From: Eledone cirrhosa
Taxonomy: Eukaryota
Direction of reading: 5' to 3'
Length of the DNA: 64,000 nt
Assembly (NCBI GenBank): GCA_964016885.1
Contig: OZ024744.1
Span: 133,052,001-133,116,000 of the forward strand
The notes under the pieces were generated by a model. That model was given only the letters and a program-made list of their open reading frames with translations. It was not told where the DNA came from and searched no databases. Of this stretch, positions 55,731 through 64,000 are shown one piece after another. How positions within the stretch are numbered: position 1 is the stretch's first letter; the number at the start of each line of letters is the position of its first letter. A program made the translations under genes and the position numbers.

Positions 55731-58224
55731 AACCCCAACTTAACTTAACCCCAACTTAACTTAACCCCAACTTAACTTAACCCCAACTTAACTTAACCCC
55801 AACATAACTTAACCCCAACTTAAATTAACCCCAACTTAACTTAAACTCAACTTAACTAACCAACTTAACTTAACCCCAACTTAACTTAACCCCAACTTAA
55901 CTTAACCCCGACTTAACTTAACCCCAACTTAAATTAACCCCAACTTAACTTAACCCCAACTTAACTTAACCCCGACTTAACTTAACCCCAACTTAACTTA
56001 ACCCCAACTTAACTTAGCCCCAACTTAACTTAGCCCCAACTTAACTTAGCCCCAACTTAACTTAACCCCAACTTAACTTAACCGCACCTTAACTTAACCC
56101 CAACTTAACTTAACCCCAACTTAACTCAACACCAACTTAACTCAACCCCAACTTAACTCAACCCCAATTTAACTCAACCCCAACTTAACTCAACCCCAAC
56201 TTAACTTAACCCCAACTTAACTGAACCCCAACTTAACTTAACCCCAACTTAAATTAACCCCAACTTAACTGAACCCCAACTTAACTTAACCCCAACTTAA
56301 CTTAACCCCAACTTAACTTAACCCCAACTTAACTTAACCCCAACTTAACTTAAACCCAAGTTAACTTAACCCCAACTTAAATTATCCCCAACTTAACTTA
56401 TCCCCAACTTAACTTAACCCCAACTTGACTTAACCCCAACTTAACTTAACCCCAACTTAATTTAACCCCAACTTAACTTAACCCCAACTTAACTTAACCC
56501 CAACTTAACTTAACCCCGACTTAACTTAACCCCAACTCAACTTAACCCCAACTTAACTTAACCCTAACTTAACTTAACCACAAATTAACTTAACCCCAAC
56601 TTAACTTAACCCCAACTTAACTTAAGCCCAACTTAACTTAACCCCAACTTAACTTAACCCCAACTTAACTTAAACCTAACTTAACTTAACCCCAACTTAA
56701 CCCCAACTTAACTTGACCCCAACTTAACTTAACCCCAACTTAAATTAACCCCAACTTAACTTAACCCCAACTTAACTTAACCCCGACTTAACTTAACCCC
56801 AACTTAACTTAACCCCAACTTACCTTAACCCCAACTTAACTTAACCAGAAATTAACTTAACCCCAACTTAACTTAACCCCAACTTAACTTAACCCCAACT
56901 TAACTTAACCCCAACTTAACTTAACCCCAACTTAACTTAAACCTAACTTAACTTAACCCCAACTTAACCCCAACTTAGCTTGACCCCAACTTAACTTAAC
57001 CCCAACTTAACTCAGCCCCAACTTAACTCAGCCCCAACTTAACTTAGCCCCAACTTAACTTAACACCAACTTAACTTAACCCCAACTTAACTTAACCCCA
57101 ACTTAACTTAACCCCAACTTAACTTATACCCAACTTAACTGAACCCCAACTTAACTTAACCCCAACTTAATATAACCCCAACTTAACTTAACCCCAACTT
57201 AACTCAACCCCAACTTAAATTAACCCCAACTTAACTTAACCCCAACTTAATTAACCCCAACTTAACTTAACCCCAACTTAACTTAACCCCAACTTAACTC
57301 ATACCCAACTTAACTGAACCCCAACTTAACTTAACCCCAACTTAATATAACCCCAACTTAACTTAACCCCAACTTAACTCAACCCCAACTTAAATTAACC
57401 CCAACTTAACTTAACCCCAACTTAATTAACCCCAACTTAAATAAACCCCAACTTAAATTAACCCCAACTTAACTTAACCCCAACTTAACTTAACCCCAAC
57501 TTAACTTAACCCCAACTTAACTTATCCCCAACTTAACTTAACCCCAACTTAAATTAAACCCAACTTAACTTAACCCCAACTTAACTTAACCCCAACTTAA
57601 TTTAACCCCAACTTAACTTAACCTAAACTTAACTTAACCCCAACTTAACTTAACCCCAACTTAACTTAACCCCAACTTAATTTAACCCCAACTTAACTTA
57701 ACCTCAACTTAACTTAGCCCCAACTTAACTTAACCCCAACTTAAATTAACCCCAACTTAACTTAACCCCGACTTAACTTAACCCCAACTTAACTTAACCC
57801 CAACTTAACTTAACCCCAACTTAACTTAACCACAAATTAACTTAACCCCAACTTAACTTAACCCCAACTTAACTTAACCCCAACTTAACTTAACCCCAAC
57901 TTAACTTAACCCCAACTTAACTTAAACCTAACTTAACTTAACCCCAACTTAACCCCAACTTAACTTGACCCCAACTTAACTTAACGCCAACTTAACTCAA
58001 CCCCAACTTAACTTAACCCCAACTTAAATCAGCCCCAACTTAACTCAGCCCCAACTTAACTTAGCCCCAACTTAACTTAACACCAACTTAACTTAACCCC
58101 AACTTAACTTAACCCCAACTTAACTTAACCCCAACTTAACTTATCCCCAACTTAACTGAACCCCAACTTAACTCAACCCCAACTTAAATTAACCCCAACT
58201 TAACTTAACCCCAACTTAACTTAA

Positions 58225-61200
58225 CCCCAACTTAATTAACCCCAACTTAAATTAACCCCAACTTAACTTAACACCAACTTAACGTAACCCCAACTTAATT
58301 TAACCCCAACTTAAATTAACCCCAACTTACTTGCCCCCAACTTAACTTACCCCCAACTTAACTTAACCCCAACTTAATTTAACCCCAACTTAATTTAACC
58401 CCAACTTAACTTAAACCCAACTTAACTTAACCCCAACTTAACTTAACCCCAATTTAACTCAACCCCAACTTAACTCAACCCCAACTTAACTTAACCCCAA
58501 CTTAACTTAACCCCAACTTAACTTAACCACAAATTAACTTAGCCCCAACTTAAATTAACCCCAACTTAACTCAACCACAACTTAACTTAACCCCGACTTA
58601 ACTTAACCCCACCTTAACTTAACCTCAACTTAACTTAACTGCAACTTAACTTAACCCCAACTTAACTTAACCCCAACTTAACTAAACACCAACTTAACTC
58701 AACCCCAACTTAACTCAACGCCAATTTAACTCAACCCCAACTTAACTCAACCCCAACTTAACTTAACCCCGACTTAAATTAACCCCGACTTAACTTAACC
58801 CCAACTTAACTTAACCCCAACTTAACTTAACCCCAACTTAACTTAACCCCAACTTAACTTAACCCCAACTTAAATTAACCCCAACTTAACTTAAACTCAA
58901 CTTAACTAACCAACTTAACTTAACCCCAACTTAACTTGACCCCAACTTAACTTAACCCCAACTTAACTTAAACCCAACTTAACTTAACCCCAACTTAACT
59001 TAACCCCAACTTAACTTAACCCCAACTTAACCCCAAATTAAATTAACCTCAACTTAACTTAACCCCAACTTAACTTAGCCCCAACTTAACTTAGCCCCAA
59101 CTTAACTTAGCCCCAACTTAACTTAACCCCAACTTAACTTAACCGCACCTTAACTTAACCTCAACTTAACTTAACTGCAACTTAACTTAACCCCAACTTA
59201 ACTTAACCCCAACTTAACTCAAAACCAACTTAACTCAGCCCCAACTTAACTCAACCCCAATTTAACTCAACCCCAACTTAACTCAACCCCAACTTAACTT
59301 AACCCCAACTTAACTGAACCCTAACTTAACTTAACCCCGACTTAACTTAACCCCGACTTAACTTAACCCCAACTTAACTTAACCCCAACTTAACTTAACC
59401 CCAACTTAATTTAACCCCATCTTAACCCCAACTTATCTTAACCCCAACTTAACTGAACCCCAACTTAATTTAACCCCAACTTAAATAAACCCCAACTTAA
59501 CTTAACCCCAACTTAACTTAACCCCAACTTAACTTAACCCCAACTTAACTCAGCCCCAACTTAACTTAGCCCCAACTTAACTTAACCCCAACTTAACTTA
59601 ACCCCAACTTAACTTAACCCCAACTTAACTTAACCCCAACTTAACTTAACCCCAACTTAACTTAAACCCAACTTAACTTAACCCCAACTTAAATTATCCC
59701 CAACTTAACTTATCCCCAACTTAACTTAACCCCAACTTAACTTAACCCCAACTTAACTTAACCCCAACTTAATTTAACCCCAACTTAACTTAACCTCAAC
59801 TTAACTTAACCCCAACTTAACTTAACCCCATCTTAACTTAACCCCAACTTAACTTAACCCCAACTTAACTTAACCCCAACTTAAATTAACCCCAACTTAA
59901 CTTAACCCCAACTTAATTTAACCCCGACTTAACTTAACCCCAACTTAACTTAACCCCAACTTAAGTTAACCCCAACTTAACTTAACCACAAATTAACTTA
60001 ACCCCAACTTAACTTAACCCCAACTTAACTTAACCCCAACTTAACTTAACCCCAACTTAACTTAACCCCAACTTAACTTAAACCTAACTTAAATTAACCC
60101 CAACTTAACCCCAACTTAACTTGACCCCAACTTAACTTAACCCCAACTTAACTCAACCCCAACTTAACTTAACCCCAACTTAACTCAGCCCCAACTTAAC
60201 TCAGCCCCAACTTAACTTAGCCACAACTTAACTTAACACCAACTTAACTTAACCCCAACTTAACTTAACCCCAACTTAACTTAACCCCAACTTAACTTAT
60301 CCCCAACTTAACTCAACCCCAATTTAACTCAACCCCAACTTAACTCAACCCCAACTTAACTTAACCCCAACTTAACTGAACCCTAACTTAACTTAACCCC
60401 GACTTAAATTAAGCCCAACTTAACTTAACCCCAACTTAACTCAGCCCCAACTTAACTTAGCCCCAACTTAACTTAACCCCAACTTAACTTAACCCCAACT
60501 TAACTTAACCCCAACTTAACTTAACCCCAACTTAACTTAACCCCAACTTAACTTAAACCCAACTTAACTTAACCCCAACTTAAATTATCCCCAACTTAAC
60601 TTATCCCCAACTTAACTTAACCCCAACTTGACTTAACCCCAACTTAACTTAACCCCAACTTAATTTAACCCCAACTTAACTTAACCCCAACTTAATTCAA
60701 CCCCAACTTAAATTAACCCCAACTTAACTTAACCCCAACTTAACTTAACCCCAACTTAACTTAACCCCAACTTAACTTAACCCCAACTTAACTTAACCAC
60801 AAATTAACTTAACCCCAACTTAGCTTAACCCCAACTTAACTTAACCCCAACTTAACTTAACCCCAACTTAACTTAAACCTAACTTAACTTAACCCCAACT
60901 TAACCCCAACTTAACTTGACCCCAACTTAACTTAACCCCAACTTAAATTAACCCCAACTTAACTTAACCCCAACTTAACTTAACACCGACTTAACTTAAC
61001 CCCAACTTAACTTAACCCCAACTTAACTTAACCCCAACTTAACTTAACCAGAAATTAACTTAACCCCAACTTAACTTAACCCCAACTTAACTTAACCCCA
61101 ACTTAACTTAACCCCAACTTAACTTAACCCCAACTTAACTCAGCCCCAACTTAACTTAGCCCCAACTTAACTTAACCCCAACTTAATTAACCCCAACTTA

Positions 61201-63310
61201 AATTAACCCCAACTTAACTTAACACCAACTTAACGTAACCCCAACTTAATTTAACCCCAACTTAAATTAACCCCAACTTACTTGCCCCCAACTTAACTTA
61301 CCCCCAACTTAACTTAACCCCAACTTAATTTAACCCCAACTTAATTTAACCCCAACTTAACTTAAACCCAACTTAACTTAACCCCAACTTAACTTAACCC
61401 CAAATTAACTCAACCCCAACTTAACTCAACCCCAACTTAACTTAACCCCAACTTAACTTAACCCCAACTTAACTTAACCACAAATTAACTTAGCCCCAAC
61501 TTAAATTAACCCCAACTTAACTCAACCACAACTTAACTTAACCCCGACTTAACTTAACCCCACCTTAACTTAACCTCAACTTAACTTAACTGCAACTTAA
61601 CTTAACCCCAACTTAACTTAACCCCAACTTAACTAAACACCAACTTAACTCAACCCCAACTTAACTCAACGCCAATTTAACTCAACCCCAACTTAACTCA
61701 ACCCCAACTTAACTTAACCCCGACTTAAATTAACCCCGACTTAACTTAACCCCAACTTAACTTAACCCCAACTTAACTTAACCCCAACTTAACTTAACCC
61801 CAACTTAACTTAACCCCAACTTAAATTAACCCCAACTTAACTTAAACTCAACTTAACTAACCAACTTAACTTAACCCCAACTTAACTTGACCCCAACTTA
61901 ACTTAACCCCAACTTAACTTAAACCCAACTTAACTTAACCCCAACTTAACTTAACCCCAACTTAATTTAACCCCAACTTAACCCCAAATTAAATTAACCT
62001 CAACTTAACTTAACCCCAACTTAACTTAGCCCCAACTTAACTTAGCCCCAACTTAACTTAGCCCCAACTTAACTTAACCCCAACTTAACTTAACCGCACC
62101 TTAACTTAACCTCAACTTAACTTAACTGCAACTTAACTTAACCCCAACTTAACTTAACCCCAACTTAACTCAAAACCAACTTAACTCAACCCCAACTTAA
62201 CTCAACCCCAATTTAACTCAACCCCAACTTAACTCAACCCCAACTTAACTTAACCCCAACTTAACTGAACCCTAACTTAACTTAACCCCGACTTAACTTA
62301 ACCCCGACTTAACTTAACCCCAACTTAACTTAACCCCAACTTAACTTAACCCCAACTTAATTTAACCCCATCTTAACCCCAACTTATCTTAACCCCAACT
62401 TAACTGAACCCCAACTTAATTTAACCCCAACTTAAATAAACCCCAACTTAACTTAACCCCAACTTAACTTAACCCAAACTTAACTTAACCCCAACTTAAC
62501 TCAGCCCCAACTTAACTTAGCCCCAACTTAACTTAACCCCAACTTAACTTAACCCCAACTTAACTTAACCCCAACTTAACTTAACCCCAACTTAACTTAA
62601 CCCCAACTTAACTTAAACCCAACTTAACTTAACCCCAACTTAAATTATCCCCAACTTAACTTATCCCCAACTTAACTTAACCCCAACTTAACTTAACCCC
62701 AACTTAACTTAACCCCAACTTAATTTAACCCCAACTTAACTTAACCTCAACTTAACTTAACCCCAACTTAACTTAACCCCATCTTAACTTAACCCCAACT
62801 TAACTTAACCCCAACTTAACTTAACCCCAACTTAAATTAACCCCAACTTAACTTAACCCCAACTTAATTTAACCCCGACTTAACTTAACCCCAACTTAAC
62901 TTAACCCCAACTTAACTTAACCCCAACTTAACTTAACCACAAATTAACTTAACCCCAACTTAACTTAACCCCAACTTAACTTAACCCCAACTTAACTTAA
63001 CCCCAACTTAACGTAACCCCAACTTAACTTAAACCTAACTTAAATTAACCCCAACTTAACCCCAACTTAACTTGACCCCAACTTAACTTAACCCCAACTT
63101 GACTCAACCCCAACTTAACTTAACCCCAACTTAACTCAGCCCCAACTTAACTCAGCCCCAACTTAACTTAGCCACAACTTAACTTAACACCAACTTAACT
63201 TAACCCCAACTTAACTTAACCCCAACTTAACTTAACCCCAACTTAACTTATCCCCAACTTAACTCAACCCCAATTTAACTCAACCCCAACTTAACTCAAC
63301 CCCAACTTAA
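58225..63310 (+). repeat. Direct repeat of ~2.1 kb at offset 2951 (58225-60360 and 61176-63310)
   Basis: cttacttgcccc 58333/61284, cttatctt 59436/62387 and caattt 60321/63272. Confidence 0.8.
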
Positions 63311-64000
63311 CTTAAACCTAACTTAACTTAACCCCAACTTAACCCCAACTTAACTTGACCCCAACTTAACTGAACCCTAACTTAACTTAACCCCGACTTA
63401 ACTGAACCCTAACTTAACTTAACCCCGACTTAAATTAAGCCCAACTTAACTTAACCCCAACTTAACTCAGCCCCAACTTAACTTAGCCCCAACTTAACTT
63501 AACCCCAACTTAACTTAACCCCAACTTAACTTAACCCCAACTTAACTTAACCCCAACTTAACTTAACCCCAACTTAACTTAACCCCAACTTAACTTAACC
63601 CCAACTTAACTTAAACCTAACTTAAATTAACCCCAACTTAACCCCAACTTAACTTGACCCCAACTTAACTTAACCCCATCTTAACTTAACCCCAACTTAA
63701 CTTAACCCCAACTTAACTTAACCCCAACTTAAATTAACCCCAACTTAACTTAACCCCAACTTAACTTAACCCCGACTTAACTTAACCCCAACTTAACTTA
63801 ACCCCAACTTAACTTAGCCCCAACTTAACTTAACCACAAATTAACTTAACCCCAACTTAACTTAACCCCAACTTAACTTAACCCCAACTTAACTTAACCC
63901 CAACTTAACTTAACCCCAACTTAACTTAAACCTAACTTAACTTAACCCCAACTTAACCCCAACTTAACTTGACCCCAACTTAACTTAACCCCAACTTAAC

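Larger units (their letters stand above)
1..64000. repeat. 16-bp tandem satellite (AACTTAACTTAACCCC)n with telomere-like G-rich minus strand (TTAAGTTAAGTTGGGG)n; extends beyond both window edges
   Basis: The monomer reads continuously from base 1 to 64000 with no unique sequence. It has a 5+5+6 substructure (AACTT, AACTT, AACCCC). Single-base variants are frequent, and occasional 11-bp (AACTTAACCCC) and 15-bp (AACTTAATTAACCCC) monomers occur. Confidence 0.99.

Noticed and set aside
1-64000. Protein-coding ORFs
   Set aside because: TTAA gives TAA stops on both strands twice per monomer, and the 16-bp period cycles them through all frames. No ATG-started ORF was seen.
1-64000. CRISPR array
   Set aside because: There are no unique spacers between repeats, the monomers are directly adjacent, and no cas genes or leader are present.
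1-64000. Freshly telomerase-synthesised telomere tract
   Set aside because: Frequent variants are copied in register over kilobases and there are internal inversions, which indicates DNA-templated amplification. A telomeric origin or location remains open but is not shown.
1-64000. Variant pattern as an information-bearing code or guide/template cassette array
   Set aside because: The recurrence of variants is adequately explained by nested duplications, and nothing in the window indicates transcription or a reading mechanism.

Overview
The whole 64 kb window is one non-coding tandem array of a 16-bp monomer, AACTTAACTTAACCCC (minus strand TTAAG-TTAAG-TTGGGG), roughly 4,000 copies. It has extreme strand asymmetry (consensus + strand A6 C6 T4 G0). 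I found no genes, RNA genes, CRISPR or transposons. It looks like a eukaryotic satellite with a telomere-like G-rich strand; the organism cannot be identified from the sequence. Three kinds of hidden structure are visible. (1) Seven copies of one short inverted (G-rich) island of 173 bp, one of them 141 bp, share identical junctions; the right junction is a perfect 54-bp palindrome. (2) Point-variant monomers recur in fixed order and reveal nested duplications with offsets of 518, 539, 1317, 2150, ~2950, 6485, 11402, 13586 and 19935/21252 bp. (3) The sequence just upstream of each inversion is unusually diverged. Coordinates and offsets were read by eye from marker variants, so duplication boundaries are approximate to within a few monomers.
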